DNA of 7,211 nucleotides from a virus (Duplodnaviria; Heunggongvirae; Uroviricota; Caudoviricetes): IMG/VR virus record IMGVR_UViG_2529292747_000014; one strand, 5' to 3'. Shown piece by piece: positions 1 to 6,598 of this stretch (position 1 is its first letter; each line of letters starts with the position of its first letter). The notes under the pieces were generated by a model. It saw only the letters and a program-made list of their open reading frames with translations, ran no database searches and was not told where the DNA came from. The position numbers and the translations under genes were made by a program.

Positions 1-921
1 TAACGCTGCCAGAACGCGATCTGCCTTGCGGTCATTCTCAGCCACCGAACGGCGCAACCACTTCCAGAAATTCGGCGCATGTGTTGCCAGCGTTTCCCCC
101 TCTGCTGGTGGGCTGAAAGGTAATTCACTGGCAATTAACAACCAGTCGTTTTTGTTATGCTCCCGAAAATTACCAGTTCTGGTATCAAATACCCCGTTAC
201 TGAATCCAATCAGGTTACGGGCTGCATTCCCCATTACGGGCAAACTTAACTTCATGGTATCGACCGCCGATTTGATGGCGTTCTGCGAATAGCTGATTTC
301 CGCATCAATAAAAATCTGCGCCATAGTCCGCTGTAACTCTTTATCCTGTACCGGCTCCCATACAACACCGTTGTAGTGGTGAACGGTGTCAGAATCCGCA
401 TTGATTGCCAGTTCACCGCCATAATGTGCCAGGAGAACTTCGCCGCGCTGGCTTGCTCCCATCTGGTTAAGTGCCAGTGGTGTCGCGCTGTCTTCTGTTT
501 TTTTCTTTGCCGGAAACCGGATAATCAGTCCGTCATCAATGTTTTTACGCTCACGGGCAAGGTATTCACGCCAGTTCTCACACTTCTGGCTGTGCATGCC
601 ATCAGGGTAATAATTCGCATTCTGTATACTTGCCGCCGCCAGCTTCTGACCAATTGCCTTAACCATTACAGGATCTAACTGTCCGGCTCTGAATATGCGC
701 GCGGATGTGCGCCCATCAGGCACTATTTGCAGATTTCCGATCTCTTTCAGTTGTTCATCAGCCAGCACAACAGGTGGCTCATTATCTCCAGCCATACGCG
801 CATCGTGTTCCTGCCATTGTTTCGCGTGTGCCCAGGCATCACTACCCGCGAAAATAATTACCTCTGTGTCTTTGTGTTTTATTCCGCGTGGCTGTTTTTT
901 TACGTTCGGTGCCAGTTTCAT
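1..921 (-). CDS. Replication primase/helicase of the phage-plasmid P4 / D5 family; N-terminal ~307 codons, gene continues past the window start
   Basis: Absent from the ORF track because it has no in-window stop. Manual minus-strand translation from ATG 921..919 is open to position 1: MKLAPNVKKQPRGIKHKDTEVIIFAGSDAW...LIGFSNGVFDTRTGNFREHNKNDWLLIASELPFSPPAEGETLATHAPNFWKWLRRSVAENDRKADRVLAAL. The last ~70 residues fit the NG-x-hD-x-x-TG...P-x-F-x-x-(W/F)-L pattern of the D5 N-terminal region of P4-family primases. G-rich SD (GGGGGGA) sits ~6 nt upstream; the start overlaps the upstream ORF stop as ATGA. Confidence 0.6.
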   Translation of the reverse strand, partial: MKLAPNVKKQPRGIKHKDTEVIIFAGSDAWAHAKQWQEHDARMAGDNEPPVVLADEQLKEIGNLQIVPDGRTSARIFRAGQLDPVMVKAIGQKLAAASIQNANYYPDGMHSQKCENWREYLARERKNIDDGLIIRFPAKKKTEDSATPLALNQMGASQRGEVLLAHYGGELAINADSDTVHHYNGVVWEPVQDKELQRTMAQIFIDAEISYSQNAIKSAVDTMKLSLPVMGNAARNLIGFSNGVFDTRTGNFREHNKNDWLLIASELPFSPPAEGETLATHAPNFWKWLRRSVAENDRKADRVLAAL

Positions 922-1160
922 TTTTTCCCCCCTGCAACCAGCATTTCACGGATTTTGCGGATATAGCTTGCTGCACGTTTTTGATTTACGGCTTTATAAT
1001 GGTCCACCAGCGTAAAATCACGGCGGTAGGTGATATTGCCTGGCGTAACGTGACGAATAACCACTCGTCCCCCACGTCTGGTGTCGCGGTAAATATCTCC
1101 GAGTCTGATTTCAGGCCGAGAGAGACCGCTGGCAGTAAAGCCAGAATTTTTCTTTTTCAT
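918..1160 (-). CDS. Hypothetical basic 80-aa protein immediately upstream of, and translationally coupled to, the primase gene
   Basis: ORF track entry MKKKNSGFTASGLSRPEIRLGDIYRDTRRGGRVVIRHVTPGNITYRRDFTLVDHYKAVNQKRAASYIRKIREMLVAGGKK. AGGA SD ~10 nt upstream; its stop TGA overlaps the primase ATG. No family recognised. Confidence 0.5.
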   Translation of the reverse strand: MKKKNSGFTASGLSRPEIRLGDIYRDTRRGGRVVIRHVTPGNITYRRDFTLVDHYKAVNQKRAASYIRKIREMLVAGGKK

Positions 1161-1190
1161 AGTTTTATTTTCCTGTCAGCAGTTCCGGTT

Positions 1191-1364
1191 TTATTTCCGC
1201 ACGAATACAGAGTTCAGAAAAAATTCAGGAGAACCAACAATCTCATTACTTTTCAGTCGGCATTGTGATTTCACTTTCCCTTTATCCAGGTAAACCAGTA
1301 CGCGTCCGGTGAAATCATCTGGCACATTAAGCACTACGGGTACATGCGCTTCATGATTATGCAT
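1191..1364 (-). CDS. Hypothetical small protein (57 aa)
   Basis: Below the ORF-track length cutoff; found by manual translation: MHNHEAHVPVVLNVPDDFTGRVLVYLDKGKVKSQCRLKSNEIVGSPEFFLNSVFVRK. ATG at 1364..1362 overlaps the stop of the upstream 197-aa ORF in the motif CCATGCATAA; stop TAA at 1191-1193. It fills an otherwise unexplained 196-bp gap. No family recognised. Confidence 0.35.
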   Translation of the reverse strand: MHNHEAHVPVVLNVPDDFTGRVLVYLDKGKVKSQCRLKSNEIVGSPEFFLNSVFVRK

Positions 1365-1950
1365 GGCTTACATCCTCCGTGAATTTTCTTCTGTAACGCG
1401 TCTCTGCCACATATTCCGCATAGTCCGACGCAATACTAAGAATCATTTCACCCTCTGACTTGTAGCCACTGGTATTGATAAGAAAATATGCAGCTTTCAT
1501 CATGTCAGCAACGCTCAACAATGCGCCCGCTGCATCTTCCGGTGCGCCATCAAATTCCCGTTTCAGGGAATTAAAACGATCATCACGCATGTTTACCCCC
1601 CCCTGAATGACCTGATAACCGCAACTGGTCAGCAATTCGATAAATTCCGGCAGTGTGCCGAAACAGCAATCATCACGCAGACGTTCGCGGGATACTTCAA
1701 CGCCGTTTTCGTAGTGACTCACCATGCGTCCGGTAAAATGCAGATCATCATCGTGATGGCACGTTGACGGCTTAATCAGTCGCGCACGTTCCGCCAGTTC
1801 CAGCAATGCTTCAACGCTTCCGGCAATTGCACCATCCGGCAGGTGATAATTACTTACCACGCGTCCATTCTCCACGTTGACCAGTAGCTGCCCGGAAAAT
1901 ATCTCGTCAAACTGAATGCTGTTAAGGTCAGAAATTGACAGGTTATGCAT
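1357..1950 (-). CDS. Hypothetical protein (197 aa; track ORF 1357..1968 trimmed to the ATG with the best SD)
   Basis: Track ORF MCRRCTMHNLSISDLNSIQFDEIF...; the internal Met (MHNLS...) at 1950..1948 is preceded by a consensus AGGAGG SD with a 6-nt spacer and overlaps the upstream ORF stop (CCATGCATAA). No family recognised. Confidence 0.6.
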   Translation of the reverse strand: MHNLSISDLNSIQFDEIFSGQLLVNVENGRVVSNYHLPDGAIAGSVEALLELAERARLIKPSTCHHDDDLHFTGRMVSHYENGVEVSRERLRDDCCFGTLPEFIELLTSCGYQVIQGGVNMRDDRFNSLKREFDGAPEDAAGALLSVADMMKAAYFLINTSGYKSEGEMILSIASDYAEYVAETRYRRKFTEDVSHA

Positions 1951-2167
1951 GGTGCACCTCCTGCACATCAGCCATGATAATTTTTCCGGCCTTATCCAGT
2001 GCCTGATCGGCTTTTAGCTGCACAAATGCTAAATAATGGAAGATGCATTCTGATTCTCTGGCTGCGTGTTTATGCGCCACACCAGCGATAGCAGAAATCT
2101 CAATAAGTGAATCCATCAGCGTTTTGATAGCGTCTACCGCTGCATCAGGCCATGTTGCATTACACAT
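1943..2167 (-). CDS. Hypothetical small protein (74 aa)
   Basis: Track ORF MCNATWPDAAVDAIKTLMDSLIEISAIAGVAHKHAARESECIFHYLAFVQLKADQALDKAGKIIMADVQEVHHA. GGGGGTGG SD-like run upstream; the start overlaps the upstream ORF stop (ATGTGTAA) and the stop overlaps the next start. Confidence 0.5.
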   Translation of the reverse strand: MCNATWPDAAVDAIKTLMDSLIEISAIAGVAHKHAARESECIFHYLAFVQLKADQALDKAGKIIMADVQEVHHA

Positions 2168-2363
2168 GTTCCACCCCCTGACGAATACGGGCGGCGAATA
2201 CCATCACGCAGCCAACTGGGGATTGCTGGCGTGCTTCCTGTTCGCTGGTGGCCTCAATGGTAATCACGCGCGGTTGTGCCGTGCTCAGGGCGATAAAACG
2301 CCAGGTGAATTTATTCAGGTTGTGCAAGTCCCGCCCTTGCGGGTGTGTGGTATGATTTCTCAT
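2160..2363 (-). CDS. Hypothetical small protein (67 aa), first gene of the leftward operon
   Basis: C-terminal 67 codons of the 247-aa track ORF 2160..2903: MRNHTTHPQGRDLHNLNKFTWRFIALSTAQPRVITIEATSEQEARQQSPVGCVMVFAARIRQGVEHV. GAGGT SD sits 4 nt upstream of ATG 2363..2361. An alternative start at 2441 (MQTRLKRIAV...) cannot be excluded. The rest of the 247-aa frame is treated as artefact. Confidence 0.35.
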   Translation of the reverse strand: MRNHTTHPQGRDLHNLNKFTWRFIALSTAQPRVITIEATSEQEARQQSPVGCVMVFAARIRQGVEHV

Positions 2364-2439
2364 AGCTACCTCGATACTGTTGCTATCGTTGGTGGTCAGA
2401 GGCTGCGAAAGGACGGCAATCCTTTTCAGCCTCGTTTGC

Positions 2440-2545
2440 ATTGAGTGATAAACACTCAACTGGATTCCAGTATAATCACTAAGTGGAATCCACTTCAAGC
2501 GTTTTGTTTTGGTCTTTTTCGTGTATACTGGATTCCAGTAATCAC
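2440..2545. promoter_or_regulatory. Divergent promoter/operator region with three palindromic sites of core TGGA-N-TCCA
   Basis: Perfect palindromes CTGGATTCCAG (2460-2470 and again 2528-2538) and AGTGGAATCCACT (2482-2494), plus GAGTGataaaCACTC (2443-2457). Leftward sigma70-like promoter: -35 TTGAAG (complement of 2493-2498), 18-bp spacer, -10 TATACT (complement of 2469-2474). Rightward -10 candidates are TATAAT (2471-2476) and TATACT (2524-2529), both with weak -35. The longer direct repeat ACTGGATTCCAGTA(T)AATCAC occurs at 2459-2479 and 2527-2546. Confidence 0.5.
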
Positions 2546-2559
2546 AAAGGGAACCAGAA

Positions 2560-2739
2560 ATGGAAAGAGACCATATCAATAACAAATCACAGAAATTACA
2601 GGCTCGCGCCCCGCATGAAGTTGTTGAGGCTATGGAGCAAGTAAAAGAAACAGGCGAGAGCACTGCGCAATTTATCGTTACAGCCATGCGAGGCGAGATC
2701 AAACGCCGCCAGCGCCGCAAGGCCAAAGAAGCGGAATAG
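2560..2739 (+). CDS. Small ribbon-helix-helix (Arc/Mnt-like) DNA-binding protein, 59 aa; putative repressor
   Basis: Below the ORF-track cutoff; manual translation: MERDHINNKSQKLQARAPHEVVEAMEQVKETGESTAQFIVTAMRGEIKRRQRRKAKEAE. The segment LQARAPHEVVEAMEQVKETGESTAQFIV fits the RHH beta-strand/helix pattern of P22 Arc (F-N-L-R-W-P-R-E-V-L-D-L-V-R-K-V-A-E-E-N-G-R-S). AAGGG SD is 8 nt upstream; an intrinsic terminator lies ~90 bp downstream. Confidence 0.5.
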   Translation: MERDHINNKSQKLQARAPHEVVEAMEQVKETGESTAQFIVTAMRGEIKRRQRRKAKEAE

Positions 2740-2827
2740 TCCACCAGCAAGCCAGCACACTGATCACATTGCCCACCAGCCAACAAATCGCTATGATGTT
2801 TGGGCTTATGTTTAGTGTTTTCCCATT

Positions 2828-2860
2828 GGCGACCTCTGATCCGGGTCGCCTTTGTTTTGT
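2828..2860 (+). terminator. Rho-independent terminator for the rightward RHH transcript
   Basis: Stem GGCGACC (2828-2834) pairs with GGTCGCC (2844-2850) around a 9-nt loop, followed by TTTGTTTTGT (2851-2860). Confidence 0.55.
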
Positions 2861-3441
2861 CACTGAATGCGGTTGCCAAAGTAAAACTCAGGCTGATATT
2901 CACGTATCAGCCTTTTTTCTTCTTCCTCCAGCTCACGCTTTTTGCGCTTACATGCCTGTAGCTCCCTCCCCTTCTGACTGGCACTTAACTGATATTGCTC
3001 TTTACGGCGAGAAAAGTCCTGTAATGCGCCCCACGGGATACCATAAGCCCCCGTTTTTCTGATTCCTGGTATCACATTCCTGAATACCCAGTTACTGAAA
3101 CGATGGGCGAACGTGCCAGGAGTAACAGCTTTCCGACTTCTGGCGATCAGCTTGTAAAAACCGGATTCAGAAATGAGGCTATGATTTGGATTTCCTCGAA
3201 TACCGTAGCTTAAAGCGACGGTTTTCTTTTCATCCGCATCTAGTGCTTTTAGAGCATCGCGTGAGTTACTTATTTCCAGAGCAACACAAACATCCTTTGC
3301 AACAAACCACGGATCGCCGTTCAGATACACCACGCGAACGTTCACACTATCAAAGCGCAGAACGACCAGATCACGAAAATCACAGAATTTTTTTACATGA
3401 CGTGCGTCACCCTTGCCCGTCACGGCAATATTTTTATTCAT
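2860..3441 (-). CDS. Bro-N domain protein (antirepressor-like, KilA/Ant N-terminal family), 193 aa
   Basis: Track ORF with VRVVYLNGDPWFVAKDVCVALEISNSRDALKALDADEK and FSNWVFRNVIPGIRKTGAYG, both hallmark Bro-N motifs; charged C-terminal coiled-coil-like tail. GAGGT SD upstream of ATG 3441..3439. Confidence 0.8.
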   Translation of the reverse strand: MNKNIAVTGKGDARHVKKFCDFRDLVVLRFDSVNVRVVYLNGDPWFVAKDVCVALEISNSRDALKALDADEKKTVALSYGIRGNPNHSLISESGFYKLIARSRKAVTPGTFAHRFSNWVFRNVIPGIRKTGAYGIPWGALQDFSRRKEQYQLSASQKGRELQACKRKKRELEEEEKRLIREYQPEFYFGNRIQ

Positions 3442-3461
3442 TTCTTTTTTACCTCACATAC

Positions 3462-3486
3462 AAAAAACCCCGCATTGCACGCGGGG
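3462..3486 (-). terminator. Rho-independent terminator between the alpA-like gene and the Bro-N gene
   Basis: On the minus strand: CCCCGC-gtgcaat-GCGGGG followed by TTTTTTG (plus-strand stem 3468-3473 / 3481-3486, A-run 3462-3467), placed ~15 nt after the alpA-like stop and directly before the Bro-N SD. Confidence 0.65.
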
Positions 3487-3500
3487 TATGAAAGATATTA

Positions 3501-3704
3501 TTAGTGGGGATTGGCCTGTTCTCGTTGTTTATCTAACCATGCTTCTACATCTCTACGGTGCCAGGTATGTCGTCGTCCAATTCTGAACGGCTGAGGAAAA
3601 CCATTATTCTCATCTTTCCAGAAATTGATGAATGCACTCATTGCTCCATATCGCAAGATTTTCATTACGTCTTTAGTAAATAAAATATCTTCATTGGTAT
3701 TCAT
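3501..3704 (-). CDS. AlpA / excisionase-family winged-helix DNA-binding protein (67 aa from the second ATG; track ORF starts at 3725)
   Basis: Track ORF MVEEVQQMNTNEDILFTKDVMKILRYGAMSAFINFWKDENNGFPQPFRIGRRHTWHRRDVEAWLDKQREQANPH. The pattern hydrophobic-helix ... FP.P...G.R..W...DV..WL is typical of AlpA/Xis. The second Met (3704..3702) is preceded by GAGGAGG at an 8-nt spacing, so it is preferred over the first ATG, which overlaps the int stop. Confidence 0.7.
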   Translation of the reverse strand: MNTNEDILFTKDVMKILRYGAMSAFINFWKDENNGFPQPFRIGRRHTWHRRDVEAWLDKQREQANPH

Positions 3705-3717
3705 TTGCTGAACCTCC

Positions 3718-4956
3718 TCAACCATTTACTACTCTTAAACCTTTCATACCACCGGATCTATTAATTACCCCTTTTCTCGCATCATCAAAAAAATCACCGA
3801 CCCATTGCATCATGATCTTACGCTGTTCTAGATAAATAGTTCTATTATAAATATCTCTTATTTTATCACCACTTTTATGCGCCAATGCAGCCTCGATTAC
3901 ATCGGGGTTAAATCCCTCCTCATTTAAAAGCGTACTCCACATTGAACGAAAACCATGTAACGTTACAATCCCTTTGAACTTACTGGCAGCAATTGGGGTC
4001 TTGATAGTATTCCTCCCCATAGGCGCATCTTTTGTTCTGGAGGAAAAAAACACATAACGCCCTCTTTTTATTTCCTGCATTGTTCTGAGGATACTAATAG
4101 CCTGTGATGACAAGGGAACAACATGTTCACGATGGCATTTCATTTTATGCGCGGGGATAATCCACAAGCCAGAATCAAAATCAATCTCTGACCACTCTGC
4201 TTTAATCGCCTCACCTGGCCTGACCATTGTCAATATCTGGAATAAAAGTGCATTATGAGCTATTTGATAGGTATGAGGCACACTATCCCACCAGCTCAGA
4301 AATTCAGGCAATCTTTCAACAGGTAGTGCTGCTAATGATTTATTTTTCTTTCCTGTGAATGCAGTCTTTATCTTAAGTAATGGATTTGCTTTCAATGCTC
4401 CACAATTTACAGCATAATTCATAATTTCATTTAATCTTGATATTAATTTTTTTTGCAACGCATTCTTATCGGATACGGCATCCAGAGCATTAATAGCTAC
4501 TGGTGCTGTAATTTTTTCTATACTGTACTTACCAAAGAAAGGAACAAGATATTTGTATACTTCATATTCGATATTATACAGCGTAGGTTTCCGCAATTCA
4601 GATCCCTTTTTAAAAGCGAACCATGCATTAGCAACAGCTTCAAATGTCTGTAGATTTTTTAGTGACATCTCAATTTTACGATTTTTCTTCTCCGTCACTG
4701 GATCAACTCCACGTGCAATCATTCGCCGAAGTTCATCACGTACTTCCCGTGCTTCCGCGAGTGAGAATTCAGGAAAACGTCCTATCGTGTATGTCTGCCG
4801 TTTCTTCGTTATCGGATGGCTATAACGGAAACGCCACACTTTCCCACCGGCTTTACTCACATTCAGCAATAAACCGAACCCATCATAAACGGCATAGTCC
4901 TTTTCACGTGGTTTCATCCCCTTAACTTCAGTCACGGTTAATGGCTTTACCGACAT
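3718..4956 (-). CDS. Tyrosine recombinase, P4-type phage integrase (412 aa)
   Basis: Track ORF; N-terminal arm-binding region LTVTEVKGMKPREKDYAVYDGFGLLLNVSKAGGKVWRFRY...LAEAREVRDELRRMIARGVDP matches the P4-integrase N-terminal pattern; C-terminal catalytic region carries HGFRS and ALAHK...IRD.Y motifs. GAGGG SD is 6 nt upstream of the ATG. Confidence 0.9.
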   Translation of the reverse strand: MSVKPLTVTEVKGMKPREKDYAVYDGFGLLLNVSKAGGKVWRFRYSHPITKKRQTYTIGRFPEFSLAEAREVRDELRRMIARGVDPVTEKKNRKIEMSLKNLQTFEAVANAWFAFKKGSELRKPTLYNIEYEVYKYLVPFFGKYSIEKITAPVAINALDAVSDKNALQKKLISRLNEIMNYAVNCGALKANPLLKIKTAFTGKKNKSLAALPVERLPEFLSWWDSVPHTYQIAHNALLFQILTMVRPGEAIKAEWSEIDFDSGLWIIPAHKMKCHREHVVPLSSQAISILRTMQEIKRGRYVFFSSRTKDAPMGRNTIKTPIAASKFKGIVTLHGFRSMWSTLLNEEGFNPDVIEAALAHKSGDKIRDIYNRTIYLEQRKIMMQWVGDFFDDARKGVINRSGGMKGLRVVNG

Positions 4957-5120
4957 CTATCGCCCTCATTTTTTAGTCCGTCATGTAGTCCATTCAAGCC
5001 AATAACAAGCGATAAACTAACTCATTATCAAGCAAAGAGAGGAAACTCATAAAATCACAACTCATTGAAAAGACTATGAAACGACACCAGAACATACAAA
5101 CAGGTAAGAAATGTACCCTA
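4957..5120. other. AT-rich junction between the truncated terminase gene and the integrase: candidate attachment site / int promoter region
   Basis: Terminase homology ends at ~5120; int ATG at 4956. The spacer is AT-rich and carries three direct repeats of AACTCAT(T) at 5019-5026, 5044-5050 and 5059-5066. No tRNA-like sequence seen. Confidence 0.3.
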
Positions 5121-6125
5121 CATCCAAAATGACGCAATCCGGGAGTTTCGTGGCGTTCCGGTGATACTGCCGTCCGCCGCCGCCCGTTCACCTTCACGAA
5201 GCCAGATCCCCTGGTTATTCAGTTCGCGTTTCTGCTCAGGGGCAATCAGCCCGCGACAATGCGGACACATCAGACGGGCAGCCTGACCGGCAGCCACAAA
5301 ATCCGGGTTATTCCGGTATCCGGTCATGTTATCCATCACCGGCTGAAAATATTCCCCGCAGTGCGGACACGGCCAGTACCACCGGCGGCGGTCTCCCCGG
5401 TTATACAGTGACAGGATCCCCGTTGTTGGCGGTGCCTCATGTGCGCCACCACAACGCCATTTGGTATCGGTGATATCCCGCCCCGGTGAACTCTCGACCA
5501 GGGTCATCCCCGAGGACATAAAGGTGGTGGTACGCTTTGAGGCCAGCGTGAAGGCATCCCCTTCCCCGTCCACATTTTCAGGGAAACGGTCATAATCCGT
5601 CAGCGCCACACGACGGTAATCCGAAGAGGAAAAGACGGTGATCGACGGCCAGCCAATCTTCAGGAAGGAGCCGTCAAGAAACATTTTATCGTGGACGTTG
5701 TTGTCATTACGGGAAGGACTGAGGCGCTTGCTGACCTCCGGACTGTGGCGAAACGTCCTGGAAAGACGCGTTCTGGAATGCTCACGCGCCTTCGTCTCAG
5801 TCATCTGCACCACCAGCATATCCGCCGGATCACAGATGATGCCGTACACAATCCAGCCATCAATCAGCCCTTCGGTTTTCCCGGTTCGCGCAGGTCCCAC
5901 AAACACCACCGCGTCATATTCACGGGCTGATAATGTATTAATGGGGTCAATCATATAGGGCGTCAGCGATGACTCCCACGGACCGGAAGTATTGGCTCCC
6001 CGTGGAACCCGCATATAACGCCTGATGGCTTCCGCTACTGGTAACCGGCTGGGTGGGCGAAACAGCGAGGCCACTTCGCGCCAGATATCGGATGCGCGGC
6101 TATGGCTCTCGTTCACCTGATTCAC
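5118..6125 (-). pseudogene. Terminase large subunit (lambda gpA family), N-terminal fragment of ~335 codons, truncated
   Basis: Track ORF aligns by eye to lambda gpA from LFRP through the Walker-A-like VVFVGPARTGKT, the CPHCGE zinc-finger-like motif and GIWLREG (lambda GIWTRDG), then stops at a TAG about where lambda has FHIWTAY (~residue 385 of 641). No continuation in any frame downstream. Confidence 0.8.
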
Positions 6126-6598
6126 ATATCGGCCTCATCACAACAGTCAATGACTGCCTTTTCCAGTGTGTCGCGGATCTCATCAACCACAATCTGTACT
6201 TCATTCAGTTGTGATGCAGTCCACCCCCTGTCCCTCTCCAGCCGGTCAGGCCAGGTTTCCAGTACCTGAACTATCGCTTTCACCACGACAGAAAAGGACC
6301 GCCTGACATCACTGACTGGCACAAGCTGAACAGTTTCATGCTGAAATTTAAGACGCTCGCGCTCGGACTGATACCATGCCTTACGAGCGTGAGGATCCAT
6401 ATCCTCATCTTCGGAAGATGGTGGTTTTTCCAGCAACGAAGTTATCAAATCCGTCAGGAGATACAGTTTTTTCTTTTCATTACTGCCTGGTGCAAGAGGA
6501 ACATCCGCCATTCTGGCGGCAACAGTCTGCCGGTGCAGACCTGAAAGGGCTGCCAGTTGATTAATATTTAACTTCATATTTTTCAGCTCGCCGTCCAT
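6122..6598 (-). CDS. Terminase small subunit, lambda Nu1-like (158 aa)
   Basis: Track ORF with N-terminal winged-HTH KLNINQLAALSGLHRQTVAARMADVP resembling lambda Nu1 VNKKQLADIFGASIRTIQNWQEQGMPV. GGAGGG SD is 6 nt upstream of the ATG; 4-nt ATGA overlap with the gpA-like ORF. Confidence 0.75.
   Translation of the reverse strand: MDGELKNMKLNINQLAALSGLHRQTVAARMADVPLAPGSNEKKKLYLLTDLITSLLEKPPSSEDEDMDPHARKAWYQSERERLKFQHETVQLVPVSDVRRSFSVVVKAIVQVLETWPDRLERDRGWTASQLNEVQIVVDEIRDTLEKAVIDCCDEADM

Noticed and set aside
26-1268. Plus-strand track ORFs 26..292, 376..678, 695..1015, 727..966 and 888..1268
   Set aside because: All lie antisense to the primase and 80-aa coding regions on the minus strand, which have protein-family support; they lack SDs and give non-protein-like compositions.
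1357-1968. Track start codon at 1968 for the 203-aa ORF (MCRRCT...)
   Set aside because: The first ATG has no SD and lies inside the upstream 74-aa gene; the ATG at 1950 has a consensus AGGAGG SD, so the shorter 197-aa form was annotated.
2043-2444. 133-aa plus-strand ORF
   Set aside because: Antisense to the 74-aa and 67-aa minus-strand ORFs; no SD, and the translation is not protein-like.
2160-2903. 247-aa minus-strand ORF from the six-frame track
   Set aside because: It spans the intergenic promoter region, runs antisense through the RHH gene and overlaps the Bro-N 3' end; the sequence is low-complexity and Cys/Ser/Thr-rich. Only its C-terminal 67 codons, which have their own SD, were kept as a candidate gene.
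2769-3491. Plus-strand ORFs 2769..3062 and 3186..3491
   Set aside because: Antisense to the Bro-N gene, and the second runs across the alpA-Bro-N terminator; these are open-frame artefacts of the opposite-strand coding sequence.
4453-4925. Three overlapping plus-strand ORFs (66, 90 and 93 aa) inside the integrase region
   Set aside because: Antisense to a confidently called integrase; AT-rich low-complexity translations with no SD.
4994-5197. 67-aa minus-strand ORF across the terminase/int junction
   Set aside because: Overlaps the end of the terminase fragment in another frame and extends into the AT-rich spacer; no SD and no resemblance to a terminase continuation, so not evidence of a frameshifted terL.
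5638-5958. Plus-strand ORFs 5638..5958 and 5691..5930
   Set aside because: Antisense to the gpA-like terminase fragment.
6338-6564. Plus-strand ORFs 6338..6544 and 6376..6564
   Set aside because: Antisense to the Nu1-like terS gene.
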